DNA of 64,000 nucleotides from an uncultured virus (IMG/VR IMGVR_UViG_3300009169_000018) (IMGVR_UViG_3300009169_000018:1-64000), one strand, 5' to 3'. Numbered from the stretch's first letter, positions 15,917 to 25,700 are shown. The notes: generated by a model not told the origin, from the sequence alone. Translations and numbers: made by a program.

Positions 15917-17032
15917 ATGCTACGCTTCAAAGAACACCTGATTGAGAAAGAGATTTCGGAGTATGCCTACACGTTTGAGGATTTCGTCGCCCTAGGCGAG
16001 CAGTCCTTGGATGAAATGAAGCTGACCGATATTCCTGTCAAGGTTGAGGGTCCGAAGGCTAATCGCGAAGCAACCCCGGCTCATGGCGTTCCTACCGAGA
16101 AGCAGAAGGGTGGCAACCACTGGCAGAAGCTCCGCAAGGGTGCTGCGTCTTACTTCTCTAAGTCTCCCGAAGAGCAGAAGAAAGCTCATGAGGAAGCGCA
16201 TAAGGTTCTAGGTCACACGGCTCTAATGGGTGACGAAGCATCTAACCCGAAGCTAGCCAAGAGCGGTAAGACGATGCCTGAGTTCCGTACTAAGGGACTC
16301 ACCCTAGCACCGTCCACCCATTCCGGCATCGACGTATGCCCTAACGCATCCTCTGAGTGTAAGGCAAGCTGCCTAGGCTCCGAAGCCGGTCGCGCACACA
16401 TGGCAAAGGATGCGCGAGTCAAGCGTACCCACAAGTTGTTTGACCATCCAGAACACTTCTACGCCAAGCTCGACCATGAGATTTCCTCTGCGAAGAGCGC
16501 GGCACACAAGGCAGGGCAGAAGCTAGCCGTAAGACTGAACGTGGCTTCCGACGTTCCGCATGAGCATCTTGCTCGCGGTCTGTTCGACAAGCACAAGGAC
16601 GTTCACTTCTACGACTATACGAAGATCACCGGTCGCGCCAATCACGCGAAGAAGCCTGACAACTATCACCTGACGCTATCCTCGACGGGATTGAACCACA
16701 AGGAAAGCAACTGGTCGCACGTTCGGAAGCATTTGGACAAGGGTGGTGTGGCAGCAATGGCATTCCACATCAATGCGAAGAGCCACGCAGGAAAGGCAAC
16801 AGCCCTACCGTCGCATGTGCATGATGAAGAGACAGGAAAGAAGTATCGCGTGATTGATGGTGACGAACACGATCATCGTCACTTGGACAAAGCCTACCAT
16901 GGCATCGGAGAACACGAAGGCGTGATTGCCGGTCTTAAGTTTAAGGGCGGCGAAGGTAACATGGAGAAGGCAGGCAACTTTGCGGTGAAGCATGAAGGCG
17001 GCATTGCGGTTGCGAAGAAAGGGCAGAACTAA
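15917..17032 (+). CDS. His/Lys-rich protein with CxxxxxxCxxxC cluster (GP88-like)
   Basis: VCPNASSECKASCL, VRLNVASD, FYDYTK motifs. Confidence 0.6.
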   Translation: MLRFKEHLIEKEISEYAYTFEDFVALGEQSLDEMKLTDIPVKVEGPKANREATPAHGVPTEKQKGGNHWQKLRKGAASYFSKSPEEQKKAHEEAHKVLGHTALMGDEASNPKLAKSGKTMPEFRTKGLTLAPSTHSGIDVCPNASSECKASCLGSEAGRAHMAKDARVKRTHKLFDHPEHFYAKLDHEISSAKSAAHKAGQKLAVRLNVASDVPHEHLARGLFDKHKDVHFYDYTKITGRANHAKKPDNYHLTLSSTGLNHKESNWSHVRKHLDKGGVAAMAFHINAKSHAGKATALPSHVHDEETGKKYRVIDGDEHDHRHLDKAYHGIGEHEGVIAGLKFKGGEGNMEKAGNFAVKHEGGIAVAKKGQN

Positions 17033-17044
17033 GTCAAATTAGTC

Positions 17045-17073
17045 TTGCCATCCGGGGCAGGACATGATATAAT
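17045..17073 (+). promoter_or_regulatory. sigma70 promoter
   Basis: TTGCCA-17-TATAAT with TG extension. Confidence 0.7.
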
Positions 17074-17107
17074 GATCTTGCTTCTAATATGAAGAAGAGT
17101 AAGTGTT

Positions 17108-17686
17108 ATGACGGCTACAGCAGTTCAAATTCTAATCGCAGACAGCGCAGGCAACCCTAAAGATTGGGTTACGCTCGACTATGCATCCCATTACCTCGCA
17201 TCCGATAAGGTTGTGTGGCAAGCCGGTTCGGTTGTCAAGACCTATCGCGGCGGTTTCAACCATGTGACCGGACTGCGTTCGACTCTGGACATTCACTCCA
17301 TTCTCGGTATCTCCGGTAAGTTGCTAGGCGACAAGTTCTTCACCAGAACGACCGTCTACACGGATCGTGAGATTCTGTACGCTCGCGACAGATACCTCTG
17401 TGCGTACTGCGGCGACGAGTTCAATGCTTACAAGCTAACCATTGACCACGTTCATCCTCAGTCTCGCGGTGGTAAGAACGTCTGGCAGAACTGCGTCACC
17501 GCATGTAAGACTTGTAACCACAAGAAGGGTGACAAGACTCCGGAAGAGGCAAAGATGCCATTGCTCTATGTGCCATACGCGCCAAACATGTTCGAAAAGA
17601 TGATTCTAAAGAATCGCAACATCCTTTCGGATCAGATGGACTTCCTCAAGGCGCGGGTTCCTAAGACTTCCAGAGTCTTCCTGTAA
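17108..17686 (+). CDS. HNH endonuclease (McrA-like)
   Basis: RD..CAYC...TIDHVHP.SRGG...N.VTACKTCNHKK. Confidence 0.9.
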   Translation: MTATAVQILIADSAGNPKDWVTLDYASHYLASDKVVWQAGSVVKTYRGGFNHVTGLRSTLDIHSILGISGKLLGDKFFTRTTVYTDREILYARDRYLCAYCGDEFNAYKLTIDHVHPQSRGGKNVWQNCVTACKTCNHKKGDKTPEEAKMPLLYVPYAPNMFEKMILKNRNILSDQMDFLKARVPKTSRVFL

Positions 17687-17701
17687 GCCGTTCGGCAGGC
17701 T

Positions 17702-17831
17702 CCCTAGGCTACCCTACCGGTGCCTAGGTGCGCCTCACCAGAGGCTTCCTAGAGCGTTCTAGGGCATATCGTAAGTCATTGATTTGTAAGGGGTTGGGAA
17801 GGTTGACTTCCCGCCCCTTTTTGCTTATAAT
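17702..17831 (+). promoter_or_regulatory. inverted palindrome core, IHF-like box and sigma70 promoter
   Basis: CCCTAGGCTACCCTA; TAAGTCATTGATT 17772; TTGACT(17803)-17-TATAAT(17826). Confidence 0.75.
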
Positions 17832-17837
17832 GGTTGT

Positions 17838-18194
17838 ATGACTGATCATCACACTCCATTCTGGATTGAAGGGCTGTACGTTCTCAACGAGGGCGAGCTT
17901 GCCCGTCAGACTCTTACCGAGACTCGCATCTATCGCGGCAACGATCCGCGATGCGTAATTCTCGGCGGCGATGCCTATTGGCAGTGGAGCGAGTTCGGTC
18001 CCTACAGAAACCACAATCAGGGTTTTTGTTGGACTCAGGCTCTTCACGATGGACTTGAGGGTTGGCATTCGACCATCTTCCATGCGGACGAGAATCCCCG
18101 ATTCTGTGTGCATCCGCAGCATCCCGACTATGCGCACGTTGCGCGGATTTGGGATTTGGTCAACGCGAACGTGTTCGTTCCGAAGGATTGGTAA
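17838..18194 (+). CDS. hypothetical protein, probably leaderless
   Basis: ATG begins 7 nt after the -10 hexamer, no RBS. Confidence 0.55.
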   Translation: MTDHHTPFWIEGLYVLNEGELARQTLTETRIYRGNDPRCVILGGDAYWQWSEFGPYRNHNQGFCWTQALHDGLEGWHSTIFHADENPRFCVHPQHPDYAHVARIWDLVNANVFVPKDW

Positions 18195-18198
18195 GATT

Positions 18199-18651
18199 AT
18201 GGCTATCCTATATATTGTGAGGGGCGTGTCCGGTTCGGGCAAGTCTACTCTGGCTCGCGAAATGGCATCTAAGCTTGGCTTGGAACACTATGAAGCGGAC
18301 CAGTGGTTTGAGCGGGATGGAGTCTACAACTTCGATCCTCGCGAACTACAGAATGCGCACGCGGCTTGCTTGGAAAATGCAATGTACGCTATGCGACATT
18401 TGGGCGGGTGTATCGTGTCCAACACGTTCACTCGCCTTTGGGAGATGCGAAACTATCTCGACTTTGCCGCAGAACTCGGCTGTCAGATTCGCATCATAAC
18501 GTGCCGTGGGCAGTATCAGAATACGCACGGCTTGAGTGACAAGGACGTTGAAAAGCAGCGTGCGCGTTTCCAGAGCAATCTACAGATTGCCAAGGAATTG
18601 CAGTATGATCGGCAACGGTTCGGAATGATCGTCTTTTCGAACCATGGATAA
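18199..18651 (+). CDS. polynucleotide kinase-like P-loop protein (AAA_33)
   Basis: RGVSGSGKST, EAD, VSNTFT motifs. Confidence 0.8.
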   Translation: MAILYIVRGVSGSGKSTLAREMASKLGLEHYEADQWFERDGVYNFDPRELQNAHAACLENAMYAMRHLGGCIVSNTFTRLWEMRNYLDFAAELGCQIRIITCRGQYQNTHGLSDKDVEKQRARFQSNLQIAKELQYDRQRFGMIVFSNHG

Positions 18652-19540
18652 TGAAATGCACTTAGTTGATAGACAGTTGCGTGAGTTTGCTGAGTCCCAT
18701 CCGGACTTAGTTTCCGTTCGCATGTCAGTTCGCCATCCGCGTCTGCGAGTGGTGAAGTACAAGCCGAAGGTTTTCTACAAGGCACTCTGGACTCCTGAGT
18801 TGTGCGAAATGCGCGGCTTAGTTGTGGACGAGGATTGGAACGTCATCGTGCGCCCTTTCCGCAAGATCTTCAACCGCTTCGAATCCGGTACCGATTTCCC
18901 GTTGGATGCCGAAGTTGCGGCTGCGCGTAAGGTCAACGGCTTCATGGCAGCGTTGACGATGGATGATGAATACGGCTTGATTGTTTCGACAACGGGTTCG
19001 TTGGATTCGCCATTCGTTACCATGGCTGAGAAGTATCTGCTGCCGTTGAAGGATTCCGGTCTGATCAACGGTGTTACGTATCTCTTCGAAATCGTGGATC
19101 CAGAGGATCCGCACATTGTCGAAGAGAAGGTTGGCGCATACCTGATTGGTGCGCGTGCGGTCTGTTCAAAGATCACGCTCCTAGAGTGTGACCTAGACGA
19201 GATTGCAAAGGGAATGGGTGTGTTGCGTCCGGAATGGAAGCGTGCATCGTTTCGCGAGATAGTCGAAGAGACTAAGACTTGCAAGCATGAGGGATTCGTT
19301 TGCTACAACGTAGAGAACGGACATGCTCTTAAGATCAAGTCTCCATACTATCTGGTTAAGAAGTTCTTCGCTCGCGTGCGTGCGGAGAAGCTAACGGCAG
19401 ATTGGCTACAGGCTAATCGCCACAACTTTGATGAAGAGTTTTACGGATTGATTGACTATATCTCGGACAACCGGGATCAGTTCACCACAATGGATCAAGA
19501 GGGGCGCAAGTCCTTCATCGAACACTTTTTGTCGTTATGA
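18644..19540 (+). CDS. T4 Rnl1-type RNA ligase
   Basis: EMRG, PF.KIFN, KVNG (motif I), FEIV, EGFV, KIKS..Y. Confidence 0.85.
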   Translation: MDNEMHLVDRQLREFAESHPDLVSVRMSVRHPRLRVVKYKPKVFYKALWTPELCEMRGLVVDEDWNVIVRPFRKIFNRFESGTDFPLDAEVAAARKVNGFMAALTMDDEYGLIVSTTGSLDSPFVTMAEKYLLPLKDSGLINGVTYLFEIVDPEDPHIVEEKVGAYLIGARAVCSKITLLECDLDEIAKGMGVLRPEWKRASFREIVEETKTCKHEGFVCYNVENGHALKIKSPYYLVKKFFARVRAEKLTADWLQANRHNFDEEFYGLIDYISDNRDQFTTMDQEGRKSFIEHFLSL

Positions 19541-20169
19541 CTGAACATTTAGGTATATGGATCGGGCAGAATGTGGTGTCTGTCCGCTTCCCTGAGAGAG
19601 AAAGAAAAGTGGAAAAGATTTGGTTTACTTCCGATACTCATTTCGGACACAAGAACATTTTGAAGTTTTGCCCTAACTCCCGTCCTGTGAAGGACGTTGA
19701 AGAGCATGATGAACGATTGATTCGCAACTGGCAAGAGCAAGTTGCGCCGCATGATCGCGTCTATCACTTGGGCGACTTTTTCTTCTGCAACGGCGACCGA
19801 GCGCGTAAGATCCTCGACCGTCTGCCGGGACAGATTCACTTCATTCACGGCAACCACGATAAGGTGATTTCGTCTAACCACGATATCCGCTCGCGGTTCG
19901 TTTCCGTGTCCGACTACAAGGAACTGCGGATTGACGAAATCAAGGTCTGCCTGTTCCACTTCCCGATTTACGAGTGGCATCATATCCACTACGGATCGTT
20001 CCATCTGTACGGTCACGTTCACGGCTCCGTACAGGTACCGGGTCGCGCAATGGACGTAGGCGTGGATACCCGTCCCGGTGGAGACATGAAGCTTTGGTCT
20101 TGGCAAGAGGTCAAGGCAAAGCTATCGGCGCGTGAGGTTCGCACTCACCACAACAACGTGAGAATGTAA
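19537..20169 (+). CDS. calcineurin-like metallophosphoesterase
   Basis: DTHFGH, HLGD, GNHD, GHVH motifs. Confidence 0.9.
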   Translation: MTEHLGIWIGQNVVSVRFPERERKVEKIWFTSDTHFGHKNILKFCPNSRPVKDVEEHDERLIRNWQEQVAPHDRVYHLGDFFFCNGDRARKILDRLPGQIHFIHGNHDKVISSNHDIRSRFVSVSDYKELRIDEIKVCLFHFPIYEWHHIHYGSFHLYGHVHGSVQVPGRAMDVGVDTRPGGDMKLWSWQEVKAKLSAREVRTHHNNVRM

Positions 20170-20170
20170 C

Positions 20171-20494
20171 ATGAGCTTAGACGTATACTTGAAGAAAGTG
20201 ATGCCAACCGAAATCTATTCGGACAACATCACTCACAACCTCGCGCCCATGGCGAAGCAAGCCGGTATCTACGAAGTCCTCTGGCGACCAGAAGACCTCG
20301 GACTCAAATATGCGCGAGACTTGATTCCGTTCCTTGAAACGGGATTGCTTGAGTTGTCTCGGCATCCGGAACTCTACGAGCAGTTGAACCCCGCGAATGG
20401 GTGGGGCAACTATGTCGGCTTGAAGGTATTCGTTCGCGAGTACCTAGAAGCCTGCCGTGCGAATCCGGATGCGGAGGTAGAGGTTTCACGATGA
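20171..20494 (+). CDS. hypothetical protein
   Basis: NITHNL...NP.NGWG motif, tight packing. Confidence 0.65.
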   Translation: MSLDVYLKKVMPTEIYSDNITHNLAPMAKQAGIYEVLWRPEDLGLKYARDLIPFLETGLLELSRHPELYEQLNPANGWGNYVGLKVFVREYLEACRANPDAEVEVSR

Positions 20495-20724
20495 ACAAGA
20501 ATGAAGCAATCGAAGAGTGTAACAGATACCTCGCACGCAACGAAGCGCAACGCGCCCGTTCGGTAAGACTACAAGAGTTGGCGAGCATGGCGCGTAACGG
20601 TAAGCCAGAAGAGGCGAAGCGTGCGCTGCGCGAGCTAGACGCAGACCGCATGAACCTGACAGTTTATGACGGTGCGAATCTAGAATTAGCCATCAAAACA
20701 CTGCTAAAACTCGTAAGTGCTTGA
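20491..20724 (+). CDS. hypothetical protein
   Basis: ATGA overlap, GAGG RBS. Confidence 0.55.
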   Translation: MNKNEAIEECNRYLARNEAQRARSVRLQELASMARNGKPEEAKRALRELDADRMNLTVYDGANLELAIKTLLKLVSA

Positions 20725-20773
20725 ACTAAAAGGTGTTCTAATAGTTGCGTTTTTCGATGTTAAGTGAGACAAT
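20714..20773 (+). promoter_or_regulatory. IHF-like box plus sigma70 promoter
   Basis: TAAGTGCTTGAAC 20714; TTGCGT(20745)-17-GACAAT(20768) with TG. Confidence 0.55.
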
Positions 20774-20779
20774 AATAGT

Positions 20780-21670
20780 ATGAGTAAAGCATTCAAACCG
20801 ATTCTTGCCGGTAAGTTCGACGCGAGCAAGCAGAAATTCCCGGTACTCGCATCCGCAAAGCTCGACGGCGTGCGGTGTATCGTCATTGACGGCGTGGCAA
20901 TGTCGCGCAGTCTCAAGCCGATTCCGAATGAATTCGTTCAGAAGCAAATCGGCAAAGCCAAGTACAACGGACTCGACGGCGAACTCATGGTAGGATTCGT
21001 CGGCGGCAAGGATGTTTACCGCAATACCGTTTCGGCAGTCATGTCCGAAGACGGCACGCCTGCGTTCACCTTTTGGGTGTTCGACAAGGTTCCGCAGAAT
21101 CCAGAACGCGCCGAAGGCTATGCCGACCGGCTTGCGTCAATCCAGAAGTTCGACGGCGACGGCGCAATCAAGGTGCTGCCGCATACACTGATCAAGGATA
21201 TGGACTCGCTCGACCGGTTCGAAGCGAAGCAACTTGAGCGTGGCTTGGAAGGCGTGATTCTTCGCGCCCCGAAGGGTCCGTACAAGTTCGGCAGATCGTC
21301 CACCAACGAAGGCACGCTACTGAAACTCAAGCGATTCGAAGACTCCGAAGCTGAGATTATCGGCGTGGAAGAGTTGCTTTCCAATCAGAACGATGCGAAC
21401 AAGAATGCCCTCGGTCACACTGAGCGCAGTTCGCACAAGGCTAACATGGTGCCAATGGGAACCATGGGCGCACTCAACGTTCGCGACCTCAAGAGCAAGG
21501 TGGAATTCTCCATCGGCACCGGTTTCGATGCGGACACCCGCGCCGAATTCTGGAAGACGCGCAAGAGCGTCATCGGCAAGATCGTGAAGTACAAGTATTT
21601 CGCGAGCGGTTCGAAAGACAAGCCGCGTTTCCCGGTCTTCCTCGGCTTCCGTGACAAGAGGGACATGTAA
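20780..21670 (+). CDS. minimal ATP-dependent DNA ligase
   Basis: KLDGVR, LDGEL, EGVILR, LLKLK, PRFPVF. Confidence 0.95.
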   Translation: MSKAFKPILAGKFDASKQKFPVLASAKLDGVRCIVIDGVAMSRSLKPIPNEFVQKQIGKAKYNGLDGELMVGFVGGKDVYRNTVSAVMSEDGTPAFTFWVFDKVPQNPERAEGYADRLASIQKFDGDGAIKVLPHTLIKDMDSLDRFEAKQLERGLEGVILRAPKGPYKFGRSSTNEGTLLKLKRFEDSEAEIIGVEELLSNQNDANKNALGHTERSSHKANMVPMGTMGALNVRDLKSKVEFSIGTGFDADTRAEFWKTRKSVIGKIVKYKYFASGSKDKPRFPVFLGFRDKRDM

Positions 21671-21836
21671 TGGAATGGCTTCTAATCCTGCTTGCAATCC
21701 CGGTAGCACTCGGAATCGCAGCCGCAATCGTGTGGTTCTGTGTTAAGGTCTTTTGGGTTATCGGTGTAATCGTGTTCCATGTTGCTATGATTGTTCTGGC
21801 AATCGCAGCATTCGTTGGGCTAATAATTCTACTGAC

Positions 21837-22295
21837 ATGATCATCACAATCCTAGCATGGTTCACCGTCGTCGGTCTGCCAATTCTAGGATTGGTGGGTA
21901 TCTGGTTTCTCTGGAAAAAGATCTTTCCCAAACCGATTGACCCGCCTGCGCCGCTACATGATCTGAGATACTCTTACACCGCGCCGCCGCCTGACTACGT
22001 GGAGCCTACTGTTACTATGACTACATCAAAAGACATGCCCGATTGGACTTCAATAAACGAGGAAGCGTTCCTAGAAGGTGAAGATGATCCTGTAGTGGAC
22101 TGTCGCAAGATCGTGGATCCCGGCACTCGCGTCTGGCGTATCTATCGCAGCGTAGACCGAATCCATTGGGCTGAGTGTGACCCTGCACTGACTGAACGCG
22201 CAGCCTGTAACTACGCAGACTACATAAAGAGAAGCAACCCCGAAGAGTTCGTGCGTTGCAATGATCCAAACGGCGTGATTCTCTTCTATGAATAA
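21837..22295 (+). CDS. membrane-anchored hypothetical protein
   Basis: N-terminal TM. Confidence 0.5.
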   Translation: MIITILAWFTVVGLPILGLVGIWFLWKKIFPKPIDPPAPLHDLRYSYTAPPPDYVEPTVTMTTSKDMPDWTSINEEAFLEGEDDPVVDCRKIVDPGTRVWRIYRSVDRIHWAECDPALTERAACNYADYIKRSNPEEFVRCNDPNGVILFYE

Positions 22296-22755
22296 AGACC
22301 TGTGTAATCGTGTGCTTTCATTCTGCGACTCGTTGCCGTGGAAGCGATACGATTTTCAGAGTCCTAGCGGTATACCATTCCACTATAGCGGCTTTCATGT
22401 CCGCAGTGAGCATCCAATCTATCCGGAGCTATTGGACTATCTACTCAAGGCAGCACCAGAATTTGAACAGTTTGACCTCAACATATCCATCAACAAATAT
22501 GAAGTTGGCGACTATATGGGTAGGCATCGTGATAACATGCCTATCAGGTGGAGAACTTTTCTTGTCCAGTTGAGCGAACCCGATTCTTACGAAGGTGGCG
22601 ACTTGACGGTAGACGACAAACCAAGTTCAAGAGAGCAAGGCACGACTAACTTGTTTGATTCACAAACTGTCTGGCACTCCGTAGACAAAGTGACCAAAGG
22701 AACCAGATATAGCATCGTCTATTGGGGTTACGAGAAAGAGGTAGAAAATGAATAA
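22288..22755 (+). CDS. 2OG-Fe(II) oxygenase
   Basis: HRD, YEGGDL, WHSV..VTKGTRYS. Confidence 0.85.
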   Translation: MNKDLCNRVLSFCDSLPWKRYDFQSPSGIPFHYSGFHVRSEHPIYPELLDYLLKAAPEFEQFDLNISINKYEVGDYMGRHRDNMPIRWRTFLVQLSEPDSYEGGDLTVDDKPSSREQGTTNLFDSQTVWHSVDKVTKGTRYSIVYWGYEKEVENE

Positions 22756-23122
22756 GCTAGACCATCTAATCGGCGCAACGGGACTCGCCCTGTTCATCTT
22801 CGCAGGCTTTCTTGCCGGATGCGAGCCGAAGCCGCACGGTCCACCTTTGCTGACCGAATGCAAATTCGAAACGCCCCTGAACGTCAACATCATCGTGTTA
22901 GACGACAAAGCCATGCGCGAGAAGTGGGAATACTACAATCGCACAAAGCTACCCGAAGCTGCGAAAGTCGAAGGGTTTGCCATCTATAACAAAGCCACCG
23001 GTCTTCATACCTTATTTGTATTAGAGATAAGAGGGCAGGCTGATCATGACCGGATTGAAACCATCGGGCATGAGCTAATGCATTCTTTCTGCGGCGACTG
23101 GCATCCGCGAAATTATGGTTGA
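22748..23122 (+). CDS. lipoprotein with HExxH zinc-peptidase motif
   Basis: Lipobox LAGC; HELMH. Confidence 0.65.
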   Translation: MNKLDHLIGATGLALFIFAGFLAGCEPKPHGPPLLTECKFETPLNVNIIVLDDKAMREKWEYYNRTKLPEAAKVEGFAIYNKATGLHTLFVLEIRGQADHDRIETIGHELMHSFCGDWHPRNYG

Positions 23123-23147
23123 CAAATCGACTAAATAGTAGTAGACT
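23119..23147 (+). promoter_or_regulatory. sigma70 promoter with nested late-promoter motif
   Basis: TTGACA-17-TAGACT; CTAAATA at 23131. Confidence 0.7.
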
Positions 23148-23151
23148 ATAA

Positions 23152-23197
23152 GGCAGAGGATAGACCTCTACCATATTAACTCTAAGGGAGCCTTAGA
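23152..23197 (+). promoter_or_regulatory. two-hairpin leader motif, copy 1
   Basis: ATAGA-loop hairpin plus RBS-sequestering hairpin. Confidence 0.65.
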
Positions 23198-23200
23198 AAC

Positions 23201-24259
23201 ATGAGCAAGCAAACACACATGTCCGTGTTCATCGGACGCTTTCAGCCGCCACACAAGGCGCACATCGAAACCATCACTCGCGCATTGGAATTCTCCGACA
23301 AGGTGCTAATTCTAATCGGTTCGGCATTCAAGCCATCCGACACGCGCAATCCGTTCCCCGCAGCAGAACGCCGGGAAATGATCCAGACTTGCTTTAATCT
23401 GGAAACGCAAAAGCGACTCGTATTCGACTATATCTCCGACCATCCATACAACGATCTTGCGTGGGTGAAGAATGTCCAGACCGCAATCGACAAGGCTTAC
23501 TATGACAACTTCGGTTGGCAGGACAAGGCTGACATTACGCTGATCGGACACCACAAAGACGAGTCCACGTATTATCTCGACCTCTTCCCGTCTTACAAGC
23601 AAGCGGAAATGGAGAACATCTACGGTCTGGATTCCACGACCATCCGTGAACTCTACTTCGCAGGCAAGGATGCGTGGAAGAACAGCAACATGAAGCGTGT
23701 CGCGCAGTTCGTTCCGCAGCCGGTCATGAACTACATCACCAATCACATGAAGCTGATCGCGTATGATCGTCTTGTGCGCGAATTCGAATTCCTTCGCACC
23801 TACAGGCTACAGTGGTCGCAGGCTCCGTATCCACCAGTGTTCGTCACTGCGGATGCCGTTGTCACCAACATGGGACACGTTCTACTCGTTCGCCGCAAGT
23901 CCGCACCGGGAGAAGGTCTGTGGGCAATGCCGGGAGGTTTCCTCAATCAGTACGAAACGCTGCGTGAGTGTGCGAATCGCGAACTAGAGGAAGAGACTAA
24001 GATCAAGGTTCCGCCGCGAGTCCTCGACGGTTCAATCGTCAAGGAAAAGCGATACGATCATCCCGGTCGCTCGCTGCGCGGACGCACGATCACAACCGCA
24101 TTTCACTTCGATCTACATGAACGGACTATGCCGAAGGTTCGCGGCTCAGATGACGCTGCGCAAGCCAAGTGGGTTCCGTTGGCTGAATTCATCAAGATGC
24201 AAGCCGTCATGTACGAAGACCACTATTCAATCATCACCGACCTTCTAGGTTTGGGCTGA
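23201..24259 (+). CDS. nadM: bifunctional NMN adenylyltransferase / ADP-ribose Nudix hydrolase
   Basis: [19 protein letters not shown]; Nudix box GG...E....A.RELEEET. Confidence 0.95.
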   Translation: MSKQTHMSVFIGRFQPPHKAHIETITRALEFSDKVLILIGSAFKPSDTRNPFPAAERREMIQTCFNLETQKRLVFDYISDHPYNDLAWVKNVQTAIDKAYYDNFGWQDKADITLIGHHKDESTYYLDLFPSYKQAEMENIYGLDSTTIRELYFAGKDAWKNSNMKRVAQFVPQPVMNYITNHMKLIAYDRLVREFEFLRTYRLQWSQAPYPPVFVTADAVVTNMGHVLLVRRKSAPGEGLWAMPGGFLNQYETLRECANRELEEETKIKVPPRVLDGSIVKEKRYDHPGRSLRGRTITTAFHFDLHERTMPKVRGSDDAAQAKWVPLAEFIKMQAVMYEDHYSIITDLLGLG

Positions 24260-24301
24260 GATAGACTTAGCCCCGTTTCAACAGCAGATAAGGAGTTTAT
24301 C
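24253..24301 (+). promoter_or_regulatory. two-hairpin leader motif, copy 2
   Basis: ATAGA-loop hairpin plus RBS-sequestering hairpin. Confidence 0.65.
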
Positions 24302-25675
24302 ATGCGTACCAATCTTCTACTTAACACCGACTCGTACAAGGCTTCCCACTGGCTCCAATACCCACCGGGAACAGAGTACGTCTATTCATACATCGAATCT
24401 CGCGGCGGTCTTCATGACGCGACCGTGTTCTTCGGTCTACAGGCATTCGTAAAAGAATACCTGATCGGCGGCGTGTTTACTCAGGATGACATTGAGGAAG
24501 CCGCAGCGTTCTTTGCCGCACATGGCGAACCGTTCAATCGTGAGGGATGGGAATACATCCTGCGCGAATACGGTGGCAAGCTGCCAATCGAAATCAAGGC
24601 ACTGCCAGAAGGTCTGCGCGTTCCTGTGCGCACTCCGCTAGTCACCATCGTCAACACAGACCCGAAGTGCTTCTGGTTGACCTCGTATCTGGAAACCGCA
24701 CTGCTTCGCGCAGTCTGGTATCCGACGACTGTTGCGACAATCTCACACTACATCAAGACCATCATCAAGCGTGAACTGGAAGAGACAGGCGACCTCGCCG
24801 GTCTGCCGTTCAAGCTACATGACTTCGGTGCGCGTGGCGTATCGTCCAACGAATCCGCAGCCCTCGGTGGCATGGCGCATCTGGTCAACTTCCAAGGCTC
24901 CGACACGGTTCAGGGTGTAGTCGCGGCGGCTCGTTACTACAACGAGAAGATGGCAGCGTTCTCCATCCCCGCAGCCGAGCATTCCACGATTACTACGTGG
25001 GGTAAGACTCGCGACGGTGAGACTGCGGCATACTACAACATGATTCAGAAGTACAGCAAGCCGGGAAGCATCTTCGCAGTTGTTTCTGACTCCTACGATA
25101 TCTTCAAGGCGTGCGAAGAGATTTGGGGTGGAAGCCTCAAGGATGCCGTAATTGCTCACGGTGGTACTCTGGTCATCCGTCCTGACTCCGGTGATCCGGT
25201 TGCTGTCACACTTCGCTGCGTCCAGATTCTTGACGAGAAGTTCGGCAGCACTCGCAATGACAAGGGATTCAAAGTCCTCAATCACGTTCGACTCATTCAG
25301 GGTGACGGTGTGAATCCTTCAAGCATCGAAGCCATCCTGATGAACTTCAAGGCACATGGCTACAGCGCAGACAACATTGCGTTCGGCATGGGCGGCGCGT
25401 TGCTCCAACACATGAACCGTGACACACAAGAGTTCGCAATGAAGGCGAGCGCAGTCATGGTCAACGGTGAATGGCGGGACGTATCCAAGTCACCTGTCGG
25501 TCAGGCTTCGAAAAAGTCGAAAGGTGGACGTTTCTCGGTGGTTATGGAAGGCGGTCGCCTGATAACCATCGGTTATGACGAGACTGAGGAAGACTACTTG
25601 AGAACCGTTCTCATCAACGGGAAACTGGTACGGGACATGACACTAAGCCAGATTCGCTACAATACGAGCCTCTAG
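24302..25675 (+). CDS. nadV: nicotinamide phosphoribosyltransferase (NAMPT)
   Basis: TDSYKASH, HDFGARG, PAAEHS, RPDSGDP, QGDG, FGMGG. Confidence 0.95.
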   Translation: MRTNLLLNTDSYKASHWLQYPPGTEYVYSYIESRGGLHDATVFFGLQAFVKEYLIGGVFTQDDIEEAAAFFAAHGEPFNREGWEYILREYGGKLPIEIKALPEGLRVPVRTPLVTIVNTDPKCFWLTSYLETALLRAVWYPTTVATISHYIKTIIKRELEETGDLAGLPFKLHDFGARGVSSNESAALGGMAHLVNFQGSDTVQGVVAAARYYNEKMAAFSIPAAEHSTITTWGKTRDGETAAYYNMIQKYSKPGSIFAVVSDSYDIFKACEEIWGGSLKDAVIAHGGTLVIRPDSGDPVAVTLRCVQILDEKFGSTRNDKGFKVLNHVRLIQGDGVNPSSIEAILMNFKAHGYSADNIAFGMGGALLQHMNRDTQEFAMKASAVMVNGEWRDVSKSPVGQASKKSKGGRFSVVMEGGRLITIGYDETEEDYLRTVLINGKLVRDMTLSQIRYNTSL

Positions 25676-25700
25676 AAGCCTAATATGAGCCGTTTGGGGA

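Noticed and set aside
17108..17686. Intron-encoded homing endonuclease
   Set aside because: Free-standing gene with its own promoter; no interrupted host gene or group I core visible.
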